From: Camelus ferus
Taxonomy: Eukaryota
Length of the DNA stretch: 64,000 bases
Direction of reading: 5' to 3'
Assembly: GCF_009834535.1 (NCBI RefSeq)
Contig: NC_045703.1
Span: 54,932,001 to 54,996,000 of the forward strand
A program made the translations under genes and the position numbers. Shown piece by piece: positions 40,326 to 53,661 of this stretch. The notes beneath the pieces were generated by a model. That model was not told the origin of the DNA, made no database searches, and saw only the letters and a program-made list of their open reading frames with translations. Every line of letters begins with the position of its first letter. The stretch's first letter is position 1.

Positions 40326-43300
40326 TTCTCTGTTAGCATGATGCCACTGGCAGGGTGCATGTCACTCTCTGGAGACTCACGGCTCTCTGCTTTCGATTAC
40401 ACTCCGTCTAGTCCAAAACCCCTCTGAACTAATCCTAATCAACTTGGAAGTCACCAGGCTCAGGCATGAGGCTGTCAAATGTGAGTGTTTGCAGATGTCA
40501 GTGAGGATGGCAGGAATCCAGGAGGACAGATCAAGGCTTAGTCACTGAAAAATGCATGCCAGTGCATCCCAGCTCCAGTGCACCATCGCAGCCGTAAGAG
40601 AAAACATGTCCTGACAGTAAATCAATAACCTCTTGGAGACGATTCTTTTCTGAAATATCCCTGATTAATTATGCCAGCGCACCCTTGGCAACAGTACTTT
40701 GCTCCAGCATTAACCTAATGCTTTTTGCATGAAGCAGGATTATAACTGGTTCTCATAAGTCAAATTTGACATTTCAAATTGGGCCTTTAAAGGTTTGGGT
40801 TATAGATTTTATAATAGCTTCATGTCAAGCATAATTGCTCTTATTGCTGCTAGTAGACGTTTGCCAATCAATCAGAATAACATTTATTTTATCATAAACA
40901 AGGCTAAATTAAAACATTTGAAATCATTGTATTTGAAGACTCGGTGAAGAAGCTTCTTCACGATCACTGAAATCTGTTTGTGCCCTGTGATGGAGGCGTG
41001 TGACGGAATTATAAAAGTTGATGGAAATGTGTTACTATTTTCTCACTTCAAAAAATTAATGACTCTGTATATTTTGCGAATATGCAGCTTTAGTTGGGCG
41101 ACTTAGTCACAGATGAATATGATTTCGGGCAAAGTAGTTCCCTCCCTTTCTGTAATAGAAAATTATAATTTTTGTCTGTTCAAGATAAATGTATTCTTTT
41201 ACTTACATATTGCATCCAGGAATTTATTTTTTTTAATTCATCTTAAATTGCCAGAATTTTTTAAATAATAAAACGAATGGAAAAACAGGATTTACCTAAG
41301 GGAGAGTCATACTATGGTGGTCCTTGAACGAAGGTTTGTTGAGACCCTGTTAAGTTTCCTGCATGGAGCAGGGAACTGAGCATCCAGTGGTCAGTAAAGC
41401 TTATTCCTTCTCCCTAAAGAAGTGTTCCCAACGCAGCAGGTCCCCTTCCCTTGTGTTAACTATAGCATTATGTGGCATATTAATATTCTTCATCACACCA
41501 GCATTGGCCTACAAATATCCACATTTCTCCTGTTAATAATAGCCCATTGACCAGAACTCGTCCCAGCGGCCCCACCTAACTGGGAAGGGGCAGAGATCTG
41601 TGAGAGATTATTCTCTGATGAGCAGAATATGGCTCTGCCTTAAGTGTATACTGAGAAGTAGGTCCCAGACACCGGGGGATTACAGTCTTAGAGAAGAGCA
41701 CGAGCAAAGGCGTGGCCTTGTAAGGCCTTCTGGTGGAACAGTGAAGTTCCAGTGCAGAGCAGTAGGAGATTAGTCTAGAAAAGCAGGCTGTGTCCTATAG
41801 TATGTGTCTCTGAAGGCAATGCTGAGAAATATGGACTTTGTTCTGAAGAGAGGGAGAAGGTTTTAGAGAAGGGAATCAAATGATCAGAAGAATACTCTGA
41901 ACTTAGAGGAGGAAGAAGGACCCGGATGAGTGGATTCTGTGGAGCTCTAAATAATTTTTGAGATGCATGTGATTAACATTGAAATTCTTGTTTCTTATTT
42001 TTTAAGTATCTTTTTCGATTTCAGAGCACTCCTAGCAACGAGTTCATTTTCCTCTGCTTGCTCCCTAAACTTGACCATGTGTCACAGTCGCTAAGAAGGT
42101 TTTATATTGTACTGATCGCACGGACACTTGATGACTCTTCCCTTCCCTGCCTTCTGCCTCTAACCCACCTCCCATCACTCTCCCACTCTCCAACTAACCC
42201 CCTAAAATGCTTTCCAAATGCTTTCAAGGAGAGTTGGCCAAAGAAAAGACAAGAAACCAGCGCAAACAGCATCTCAGAGAGCACCTGTCTGTGTCAGGGG
42301 CCTGGGCTGCTTCTCACTCCCGGCCGCTCTGCCTACCTGAGGCCCTCAGCACCCAGGGACTTCCCCCCAAACAGGACCAGAAAGTCTGGTCTTCCATTTA
42401 AACTTGAATGTAGGGCCACCCGTCCTTCAGCCCCTGGAATCCTCCCAAGATGAGTGAGTGGGTGGGTGAGAGAAAGTGTGGGCAGAGCCCTAAGAGCCGG
42501 AGTTTCCCTTCCCCACACCCATTCTGCCTCCCACCATCTCCCATCCTCACATCTCCCCAAGTGCTTCAGAGGCAACAGAGCATCGCATTTGAAGGGTAAG
42601 CCCAGAGGCCAAACTGCCCAGGTCTCAGCCCACATCCACCACCTTCCAGTTGGTAACCTCCAGCAACCTCCTTAACTTCTCTGTGCCTCAGGTTCTGTAA
42701 AACGGAATGGATGCTAACGTACGCCTCAGGGTATCACTGTGAGATGCAAGTGACCTTCATCCACATAGACGACTGGCATGCGGTAGATATTAGACAGTAT
42801 TATTTAGCAGTTTGTCTTAAGTGAGAGATCTCACAAAATAACTTCAGTCATTTTTTGCATGGACCATACAAGTCACTTTCACTATAGAATCTCACATAAT
42901 CCTCATGCAACCCTAAAGAATTTGGTCTTTTCTGAGCTGAGGGACTCCATGTTTGTATGAGCCTAATTGAAATGCATTCCCAAGAACAGCAGTTTATTGG
43001 GGCAAGGATCTTTATCTGCTCTGCTCTGGGACATATTTAAATACCTGAAGTCGTGAGTGGCACATGGAAGCAGTACAGGAAGCATTCACTGAATGAATGA
43101 AGACACAAGCGAGCTTGGGGGGCAGGGTGTGTCACTCAGTAAAAACACAGGTTTGGAGTGTGGCCCATCTGAGGTCTAAGGCTCATGGCACTGTTCCCTA
43201 TACTAGCTCTGTGTGACCTCTGATGAATTAGTCCCTCTGTTCCTCCATTGCCTCGTTTATGCAATGAAGGTGAAAATACCTATTTCATTTGAGTTGCTGT

Positions 43301-45784
43301 GTAAATTAAATATGATGCCAGTAGAAAATGTTTAGTATAAAACTGAGCTTATGTATTAGGAGCTGAATGAATGGTAGCCATTCTTATTCCGGTGTGTTCA
43401 GCATTTCTGCATATAAATTAATGATGGGGGAAGCAACACAAAACACAGGGGGATAAAAGAAGTCGTACTGCCTTGTTTACCTGTCAAATACATGTATTTG
43501 CCAGAAATAAATAAATACCAGCTTTCTTCTCTATTCTTTCCCCTGTGCTGTTTCAGTATGATGGTGTTTATTAAAGTGAAAGAGGAGAGTAGAAAGGGGG
43601 AAATTGTAGGTGAGGAGGCTGCAGAGAGGAAGGCAAGATGGGAGGCTGAGGAAGACCTGGAAGAAAGTCTTGGAGAGAATCGAGAACAAGTAGGACAGAG
43701 GGAAGGAGGGAGAGAGGAGCTTGTTGGTGATAAATCTCTCCTCTCTCCACTTCATCTCCCCACTGCCTCCCACCGGGTCTTTCTCCTATTCATATCCAAA
43801 TATGTTTCTCTTACTGCTATATACCTTGAACTTCACGGAAGGGGTTAAAGCCTAAAGAGATACCTCTGCATCTTACAGGACAAAGTGCACGCAAAAGTCC
43901 TCCATGATTGCTCCTGCCCATCTGCCCTGTCCAGACTCAATCCTTCATGCTCCTTCATGTCCTTCAGTGTGTCAGTCCCCTTGGTGGTCCGTGAGGTGCC
44001 TGTACACACTGCTGCTTCTCCTTCGTCTTGTGAATGAACTTCCTCCTTTACCCTTTTTTCTGCTTGTGACTCTCCAGTCGCACATGAAAACCCAGTTCAA
44101 ATATCTCCTGCTGCGTGAAGTTTTCCCTTGAGCCGCCGGAGCAGACCAGGTCCCTCCGGCCACCGCCCCATCACGGGTCTGCACGTCTGCATGTATCCTA
44201 TGACACTGTCGTCATTTGATTGTCTGTGGCAGTTATTAGAGGTGCTATTCTGTGGGAACCACGAATGTTAACTTTAAATGTTCATGGAAGAAGTGAATAT
44301 TAGGTCACTTTAAAGTCACTGTTATGTTTAAAGATACAACAGGAGTTATTTCTGGAATCACTTTGGCAAAAAGAATTCCTTTTGGTGGCCCACAGCCTGC
44401 TGGGCTGAAAAGAAGGTGCCACCCTAATGATGCCACAGACCCTTGGCACCTTGTGGATACCTTCATTAGGAAGATTCAGCAAGAGATATTAACTTCCCTC
44501 AAGTCATATTAAAAATGCTTTTTAAATGCAAAAATAATAGCCCAGTAAAATGGTGCCACTGTCCTAGGGTAATTGTTTCTATGACGCATCATTTGCTCTT
44601 AATTGCAAAGATGTGCATGTCTTGGTTTATTGTGTAGCACTATTTTGTTTATTTGGCCTAATTATGAAAACCATATCCTAAGAGCTGTTGGGGCTTATGT
44701 TAGAACTGGCTGAGTCCCAAATTTAGGACTGAGTCCATGAAGTGTTTTGGAAGTGCCTGGAACGTACTGGCACTTAATAAATATTGGTTCCATCTGAGTC
44801 TAAGTTTCTGACCCTAGGTCACATTTCTAACCTCATTCTGAGATGCATGTGTAAGCGCATCTTGGACTGATTGGGCAGACAGCAAGAACAGGTATCCAAG
44901 ACCACACAGAAAAGGCAGAATTTAAAAGGCTCTGGTAGTTTTGGGGGGAGATTCTATGTCCTATTGTACTGGCAACACCACACCAAAACTGGCACTTTTA
45001 AGGAGAGGGAGGCCCACCACAAAGGGAAGTTCCCTTTGACTCCTGGAGGCTGGAACCTACCGAGGTTGAAATGGGCAATTTTCTGTCATTCAAAGCACAA
45101 AATTATCTCCACTGTGAAGGGAGCGAGAGACAATTAAATTAATTTGGTCAGGTTTTCAGCATTAAAATTTTAGGATTTTTAGAACCTTCATCTGCCTTGT
45201 TTCAAGCTGTTTGGAATGACACCACCACCTCCCCACATCCACTGACTCTGAATTTACCGTTGCCCCCTGGGGAGCTCCACCCCAGTTCTGGGCACGCGCC
45301 TCCTGACCCTGCTTTTCCCTGTATTCATCAAACATCTGACTTATTCAGAGAGCCCAGAAGTTTTGCAAAGGTTAGGATCAGTCAGCGTTTTGTGACTTTT
45401 TTTTTTTTTTGACTCATCTTTCTCCTGTCACCCTTTCTATCATTTTAGATCAGATTTTGCTAATACAATGGGCTTTCTCTTCAAACTTGGAAATTCCTTC
45501 TTGCTTTATTATAGAATAAAATTTTCTTTTTTAATCCTTTTTTACTTCAGAGGTGGTTGGGGAGGGGGACAGCAAACAAAACATTCACGTTGCGATATGG
45601 AGTGTACAACTTCTTGTAACCCAAAGCAGTTTTCTGTAGTTTATTTTTATTTATGATATACCTGTAAATTGTTAGGACATCCTAGGGACTCTCCCTTACT
45701 CCATCCTCCCAGGCAAGTCTGGTCATATCTCTAGCCCTGCCTGCAGCCAGGTACCTACAAGAATGCAGGTGCTCAGAGACACAT

Positions 45785-45813
45785 GCACACACACACACAC
45801 ACACACGTGCACA
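45785..45813. repeat. (CA)n microsatellite
   Basis: gcacacacacacacacacacacgtgcacaca. Confidence 0.9.
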
Positions 45814-46522
45814 CAGCCAACCTTCAACTTTTTATTTATGATCAAAAGTTGTCTTGGGTTATAAGAAAACCTTGATATTCTGACAATCATGAAGGCAAGA
45901 ATTGTGGTCTACCAACATGGGGACCACCATGAGCACTACCCCATGTCCCGAAAAACCAGATGTCCCAGGAGCTCTACACAGCAATCTCATTTTTAACAAG
46001 TTCATCTGGCGATTTGATGCATACATTAGTCTGAGAACACTCCCGGAGGTCTGCCTGTGCCCTCCAGATGCAAATAAGTGGGCATGGGGCTGCCAGCTCT
46101 CTTATTATCCAGCTAGGCAGGGGCTGGTCTGGCTCATCTCATGTTCAAAAGCTGGTTTTGCTTCCAAGAAAGAAATGATTTTTGTCTCTGTTCATATGGT
46201 ATGGGAGCAGTACCCTTCTATTCAAAAAATATTTTGGAGAAAAAAGAAGGACCAGAGAAATGGCAGTGAACATAGTCTTCAAATCTCGTTTAATATTCTT
46301 TGCACCATACACTCTGGCTACAAGCCATAGATTCTTGAGCTCTAAGATAATCGTGAGCCGCCCCCTTTTGCATCCGCCCTACTCACCAGAATTTGTACCA
46401 TCACACCGCATATGTTTTTACCCTTCTGTTTATTCCTCAGCAAAGTTTACTCTAAAACTTCCTTTTAGTTTATAGGCTACTGAATGCCATCACAGATAAT
46501 CAAAACGTTTTTCCCCATGGCA

Positions 46523-46568
46523 AGTCCAGATCATTCTGGTGTAGTCCAGATCATTCTGGTGTAGTCCA
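46523..46568. repeat. 20-bp tandem duplication (2.3 copies)
   Basis: agtccagatcattctggtgt x2 followed by agtcca. Confidence 0.95.
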
Positions 46569-49554
46569 AATCCATTTCTTTAAACTTGTTAAATACCATC
46601 AAATTCCTCTATCAATACCTAAACTTCCTACTCATCCATCTCTCCATTTTTTTTGGCAGAAGGACACCTGTTTCTGAATGAAATATTTTAGCAGTTAGAA
46701 GGTACAGCTACCATTTATAAATAATCTGTTTCAGGGGATAGACTGTGTGGCTCAGATGTTATGCAAGATAATTTATGTGGCGCAGGGGGCTGGCATTATT
46801 GAACCAGCTGGTGAAAAGTTAATTCCCTCTCAATTATCTTTAAATCCTTCTGTTTCCATTTAGGAGAGTCTCTGTTTCATTCTAGTGTGTCTTTAATGCG
46901 CCTCTAATACTTATTAACATCCCTGCTTAACACACACAGAGCAGCCTCAGAGTCAAACAGGATAACCTATCTATCAAACCTTTATTAAGATCAATTAGAT
47001 TTTCATTGTATTTGTTTTTGTGGTTATCTTCCAGTTATGATATTCCATTTATGAGAGTTTATAAATCGTGTAAGTTTTCCTTTAAATATATTTATTTTTA
47101 AAAAATGTGAATTGACTAAGAAAACAGTTTTGTTTTGTTTTTTTTAAATCAGGTAGTGTGTGACAGAGCTGCACTAGGACTTTTGACTTTTGCAGGCACC
47201 TTGCATTTGTGGGTCCCTTCCTGCATATAATAGTATTCAGAATGTATATGCCACAGGGAAGAACACATTTAGTAAAATATGAAGATCTTTTTGTTTACTT
47301 TGATCTCAACCAAAAATTAGTTCTGGTCTGTTGAGAGACAACATAAGTGATCTTCAGTCATGCACTCCCTCAGGGTTATTGAGTCAAAGATGATTTAACT
47401 CTAATATCTTTTAAAGACATAATTCTAATATAGAAAAGAGAGCCCGGGATTTGGAGACAAACAGAACTAGTCTTGAACCCTCTCCAGACAGTAGCTCTGT
47501 GACTGGGGCAAGATCGTTACCTTTTCCAAGTCTCGGTTAGCTCATCTGCAGAATAGAGTTAGTAACTCCCCCTTAAGATGTTACTTTGAAGATTAAATTA
47601 TCTCCATAAATATTTATTGAGCGCCTCCTATGTGCCTGGCTCTTTTTTAAGTTCACAAACGCCACGGTGAACAAAACAGAAGATAACCATTCTTGTGCAG
47701 CTGATGGTCTTAAATGGAGTTGAGTACTTGCTTCCTGGTCCTTAAGTCATTGAAGCAGAGTTTGCCTGGGAGTGGTTTAGATCTGAATTTATTATACTCC
47801 TGGTTCTAAAATAATTATCCCTCTTGCTGCTACAGCTTTTGAGTCACAACTAGCTGCCACAGGTTACTTAGAGATTCAGCAAGATCATTTGTGGATTTTT
47901 TTTTTAACCTTTTTCTTCAGTTCATAAAATTTTAGCTACCTGCAGGGAAACATTTATGTTTGTTATAAATATTATTGCACAATTTTTACTTTTGTAACTG
48001 TATAATGTTTATCAGTAAATGTACTTTGTATTACAAATTATTTAAAAGGGAAACATACATTCTTCAGTGCCTGAAAATTCTGAATGGTAAGCTGTTACCC
48101 TCATATCGAATTTGCCGCTGGCCAAACTGCCATAGGTGTAGCCAGCCACAGAAAGATCCTTTGTCCTGGGCTATGTCATTAATGGAACAGGTAGCTCATT
48201 TTTAGTGGTGATAATGCCAGTGAAGTGACCTAGAAAGATTTTCATTTTTCAAAAAGGTTTTTTTGTCTGGCATCATCAAAGTATATCTTAACCCCTCTAG
48301 GCATGACATCTGATCATCAACAAAAAGACTAGGTAACATAATGATAACTGGATAGCTGGACGAGAATATTCAGATTAGTTATTTGAACTTATATAATGTT
48401 ATAGAAAATGGGTGATTTTTTTACTCAGTTTGGAGCAATGGAGGAAAAGGTAGAGCTTGGATATTTTTTAACATTAATAAGTCAAAAATAATATCATCAT
48501 TCTGTAACCCACACAGGCTATGAGAGTCAGCACTACCTTCAGCACAAAAGTTTGATTTGCAGGGATTTTTCTAAGATTTGCTAAGACTTGGCCTTATTGC
48601 TAACTATATATCTGAATTTTATAGGAATGCACCCTTGTAAAACTATTGTTGGCATCTCAAATTGTTGGTGAAATTCCAGGCTGATGTCATCTGAGGTGAC
48701 TAGATAATAATGGGGAAAAAAAAATAAAATAGATCTTTAAAATGCATATTGTCTTTGTATCAACACACATGTAAATTTTGTGTGGTTCCCTTCAGAGCTA
48801 GTTATACTGTTTTAAAACAGTAATAGAGAAGCAAAGGATAAGGAAATAGAAAGCTACCCAGCTGTGGAATCACCCACCTGATATTCTAGGCATAACATAG
48901 TCTAATTACAATGCACTGGCAGTCAGAACAGTTACATAGAGGAGAAAGTTTAAGGCAAAGGATTTCCAGTGTCTTCTTATTTCTTACAAGATCCTGTCTC
49001 TTTTTATTATGAATATAAACAATAAGTTGCTAGAAAGACTTTCACCTTGATATTCCCACCATGTCTTTTCCCACCAAGGCCTGTCTGTCACCTGGTTCCA
49101 TTTTGCTACAATACTTATTAGAGTTTGAAAATCGTTAACATTCAGTTTCCTGCCTTTTCCTTGAACATGCAAACTCTGCAGCAAGAGCAGAACAGAGATT
49201 CTTTCGTGGCCATTAAGGAGGTACTAAATAGTATCCAAACTTGCTGATGGTTCAGTTCTCAGTCCTGCCATCTTCTCACCCTCGGGAAACTCTCCAGTGT
49301 CGGAAGGTAAATCTATATCCTGGCCCAGTTTTACCTAAGAAGCTCTTTTTCCCGTATATCTGTCCACCAAATTTCAATACCAAGGATACTCAGCTTTCCT
49401 TTCTTCTTACCATATGGTGGGGAGACGTTTTATCCCCATCCTGGCCCACTGAGCTGAGTATTTAGAGTGGCCACTGGGCTTGGAGAACAAATGGAAATGG
49501 TCCACGCAGCTTCTCTGGAGGCTATCTTCAAACATAGTATCTAAATCCATGCAC

Positions 49555-50215
49555 TACTGATACAAACCAGTACATCCTTTCTGGAAGCTTATTTGGCTGC
49601 ATTTCCTAATCTGCTGCTGATATATACATAATTGACCGTTGTGTATCAGCAGCCTTAAAATCTCCATAGACTTACAGACTTTGACTATAAGAAAACAACT
49701 GAAATCACTATGTTGTACACCTGACACTAATATAACATCATAAACCATCAATACTTCAATTAAAAAAGTAAAAACTGAATTTGAAAAAAGAAAGTAATTT
49801 AACCTTCAGACATTGAGACAAAGGTGTCTCTAAAAGATAGTCATCATGATGTTTTTAATAAATGAAAAGTTGAAAATCTTTTCCTACTTAATGTCCAAGA
49901 ACAAGAATTGGTTAAATAAATGTTGGTACATCCATAAAATGGAGTTTTAAGCAGCTATGGTCAGGGCTGATATTTTAGGAGGATTTCTAAAAGGCATACC
50001 AAAAATTCTCATGCTACAATCCCAAACAAAATTGTGTCACACAGTTTGATCGTAACTCTGTATAAATAACGTGAACGAGGAAGAGGAAGAAAAGACATAT
50101 AGCAAAATATTAACAGTGGTTATTTTGATTCCTTTCTTATATACCCATTTTTCCCCATACATTTTTCTATAATTTCCTGTAACGGGCAAAAATGAAATAC
50201 AATTTCAAAAATTAA
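49555..50215. mobile_element. L1 fragments: old minus-strand L1M piece, short young + strand L1 3' tail (about 49695-49790), old + strand L1ME
   Basis: actgaaatcactatgttgtacacctgacactaatataacatc...tcaattaaaaaag tail; tggttaaataaatgttggtacatccataaaatggag L1ME motif. Confidence 0.65.
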
Positions 50216-50554
50216 GGTACAGAAGAAAAATCAAGGGAGCAGTTGACAGACGGCATGTTTCCAGGTATTTTTCTACCTCTTAGGCGAGCCATAGACTGCT
50301 CTCTGCTGTGGCACTTCTGCTAGGAATTTACAGTCTCCATTTTCCTACTGAAGACAAAGCGAATACTACAACTATTGAGGGGTGATGATAAGAATCTGTG
50401 TCACCTGGTCTCTGTTCTTTTTCAGCACACAACGGTTCTGCCCTTTATATTAATCGAGATGAGGACATCACACCATGCGTATCCCAGCAGGAGCAGCGGA
50501 CTTGCCGCCATATGTACCTTCTCTGTTGGCTATATATTATGGTAAGGACAGTGC

Positions 50555-50822
50555 NNNNNNNNNNNNNNNNNNNNNNNNNNNNNNNNNNNNNNNNNNNNNN
50601 NNNNNNNNNNNNNNNNNNNNNNNNNNNNNNNNNNNNNNNNNNNNNNNNNNNNNNNNNNNNNNNNNNNNNNNNNNNNNNNNNNNNNNNNNNNNNNNNNNNN
50701 NNNNNNNNNNNNNNNNNNNNNNNNNNNNNNNNNNNNNNNNNNNNNNNNNNNNNNNNNNNNNNNNNNNNNNNNNNNNNNNNNNNNNNNNNNNNNNNNNNNN
50801 NNNNNNNNNNNNNNNNNNNNNN
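50555..50822. other. N gap, 268 nt
   Basis: Counted directly. Confidence 1.
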
Positions 50823-53426
50823 TCAGTTTTATTGCTTAAGGGCTTTTTTGCTTGGGATTTTTTGTTGTTGTTGCTTTTGTTGGGGAGTGAGGGAGTTGCA
50901 GCGAATGCAAATGAGGACAGAAGAAATGACCTCTTAGAGGAGTGACTTCTAACCTCTAAGTGAAACAAGTGAAAATGTACGTTTTCCTGAGTCAGTTTGA
51001 AACCTGTCCCAGAATTAGCTATTACATATAGCATGCATTTAACAGTTTGGTTTGTAAAAACTGGGGTAAGTAAATTGCAGGAAATCTTCACTTGGTCTGT
51101 TGGGCGTAAGTAAGTCCCAAGTGGGAGAGGCCAAATTTATCTGATAAGAGGTTTTGCCCGATGAGTTTACTTCACTTTAATTTCAGTTCTAACCACTTTT
51201 TAATGTTTCAAAATTATTTATCTTAAGACAGAGAATTTCTTATTTCTCTGCATAATCCCAAGAACTCTTTGATATATTAGCATACACAGAAGAGGACTCT
51301 CCTCTCAGCATTTCAGTCTCTTGGGACGCTCATGTCCTGAGTTCTGGGTCACCTTTCAGCCTGAAGGACTGAATCCCATTCTTCCAAACTCCCCAGAACT
51401 GTACTTAATGCCACCAAAATCCCAGAGCACTTTGGGAGGTCCTGTCTCTGTGGAGTGTTTTGCTCCAGCCAGTCCAGAAATATAAAATAAAGGTCAGCAC
51501 AGTACTTCATATATTTTGCCTAAATGATCACATAATGCCTAAAGGGTCATTTGCTTCTAAAAAGTCACATCCTATGGCTAAATCTAAGGGGACGCCCAGA
51601 CTGCAGACGCCAGAACACACATGCGGTAAAATGTTCAATCCCGTTTGCCACTTCATTGAATTGTCAGTGACTGTTCATTGTGACTGGGGAATGTTTGTTT
51701 TCCTAGTCGCTTTCTAGATTTTTTTCCCCCACCTAAAATGCTAAGTATTGACTTTCTCTGAAAGAAAAGGTCCAAATGATGAGATCTCACAGGTGAAATG
51801 TGACTCTGAAATTATTTCTTAAAAATGAATGTATGTGCTTTATACATATGCACTGGATGTTCGAATGACTGATCTTTCAGAAGAGTCGTGTAGGAAAGCT
51901 AGCAGTCACTCTGGGGATGCTGCAGTAGTTACAGCACATCGCACATCTGGAACTGCCTACAGCGTTAGTTTAAAAATCAAACGCCCTTCCCCCCTCCCCC
52001 CAAAATACAATCTCATGACTGCACGCATATTTACTTACCTGTGGGAAAGGAAGCTTTTCACTCTGGATGTATTTCTATGAATTCATTTATGTGCCATTAA
52101 ATTATCTGAGTCTTGTAGAGCCCCAGAGGTTTCAGGAACTACGTGCTTTCTAATGGCTTTTCTTCCACCGTGGGTACAATCAGTCCACGTTCCAAGGAGA
52201 CACGTGGGAAATACCACATAGTCTCCATGATAGACCCCCAAGATCCCTCATTAAGATGAAACATTACTTACGCCCTTCGTGCCAAGGGAGGCTTGCCAGC
52301 TCTGCGTACTCCCTGAGCAAACCAGCACTTGTTTGGACACATGTCTGCGTTAACCAGAGCATTCTCCCAGATACGTCCTGAGAAAGCTTCCAAAGTAGAC
52401 TTTTTCCTTTGCTGTTCTGCCCTTGGCATTCGTAACTATGCCAAGAGCTAAACAATGCCCCTCGCGTTACGTCACACTACATAAATCCAAGGATTTTAGT
52501 TGTTATCCAAAAGGTGCTGGCTTCTGCTCCCTTCAGGCTATCTCAGGGCCCACGTACCAGTGACACAGCAGAGGAAGGCTCAGCATATGACATCTTTCCA
52601 CGGCATCCCAGGGTTGTGGCTGGACATTCCAGAACCTTATGCCAAAGTGTGAGAAAGGATTCCTCTTACCACGTGCTAATTATAAAATAAATAGACCTCC
52701 CTTACAATCCTCTGTACAGTTGAGCTGAGTCTAAACCTCCAAAGCTGCTGCCCAGCCTGTCCGTCTGCTTTGCTCTGATTCTAGCCTTTCACAAGTCTCC
52801 CTGCCTGTGTGACTCTGTCCTCTCCCTGGACTTGGATGGCGAGAGCTGAGAAAGCAAGAGATGAGGGGGCTTCCCCTCCCGGACTGGATCCCTTTGAGCT
52901 CCCAAGCTCAGTGGCCAGGTTTCCTGGCCCCTATCTCAGTCCTACCCAAGCTTAGCACCTGAAGTCATCCCAGACTCTTACCACGCCCACCTCCACCGCC
53001 CCACTGCTCTCCTCTCTCCACTCACCCAGGTGTCTGGGACACACACGCACCCCCAACCATGTGTGGTGGGCTCTTAGCTCCCTCCCTGCACACCTCTCCT
53101 CCACCTGTCACTCCTGCACGTATTTCCCTGCACCAGGTTTGGGAGGTTTCCCCTGAGGCCTTGGATGGCCCGTGTTACCTTATGCAGGACACAACGCAGA
53201 TCCCCTCAGTTTCCTCACAAGAGTAATTATCGGGAATTGCAGTGAATACAATTTTTTTGACTGCTGTGCCAAAAAGCTTTTCAAATGTTACCTTATTTAG
53301 TCTGCCAAATAACCCTTTGAGATAAGCATTATCTTGGCTCATTTTGCAGATAAGGAGACCAAAGTTTAGCAAGATAATATGGCTGGCCCAAGGAAGAGAC
53401 ACTGTTTTTTGCTATTGCTAGAACTA

Positions 53427-53661
53427 CAGTTGAGCCTTGAACAACGTGGGCATTGGGGCGCCGACCATCCCTGTGGTGTAAAATGTGGTCAGCTCCATAT
53501 CGCACTTCTTCCATGTCTGTGATTTCTGTGTTACCTGAGGTTCCACATCTGCAGATCCAACCAATCTCGGATCATGTAGTACTGCAGTAAGTGTTTACTG
53601 GAAAAAGCCACATGTAAGTGGGCCATCGCAGTTCACACCCACGTTGTTCATGGGCAGACTG
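53427..53661 (-). mobile_element. Tigger2-derived MITE
   Basis: TIRs cagttgagccttgaacaac / gttgttcatgggcagactg; TA on the left; about 235 bp. Confidence 0.85.

Noticed and set aside
40036-40427. His/Thr-rich and Cys/Val-rich ORFs
   Set aside because: They are translations of the TG/CA repeat.
50398-51091. ORFs of 156-184 aa; also 26691..27027 and 31759..32040
   Set aside because: Their length comes from read-through of N runs.
48984-52455. Further minus-strand exon candidates near 49.1, 49.4 and 52.0-52.4 kb with gtaag donors
   Set aside because: Acceptors are weak or ambiguous and no frame is preferred; indistinguishable from cryptic sites without expression data.
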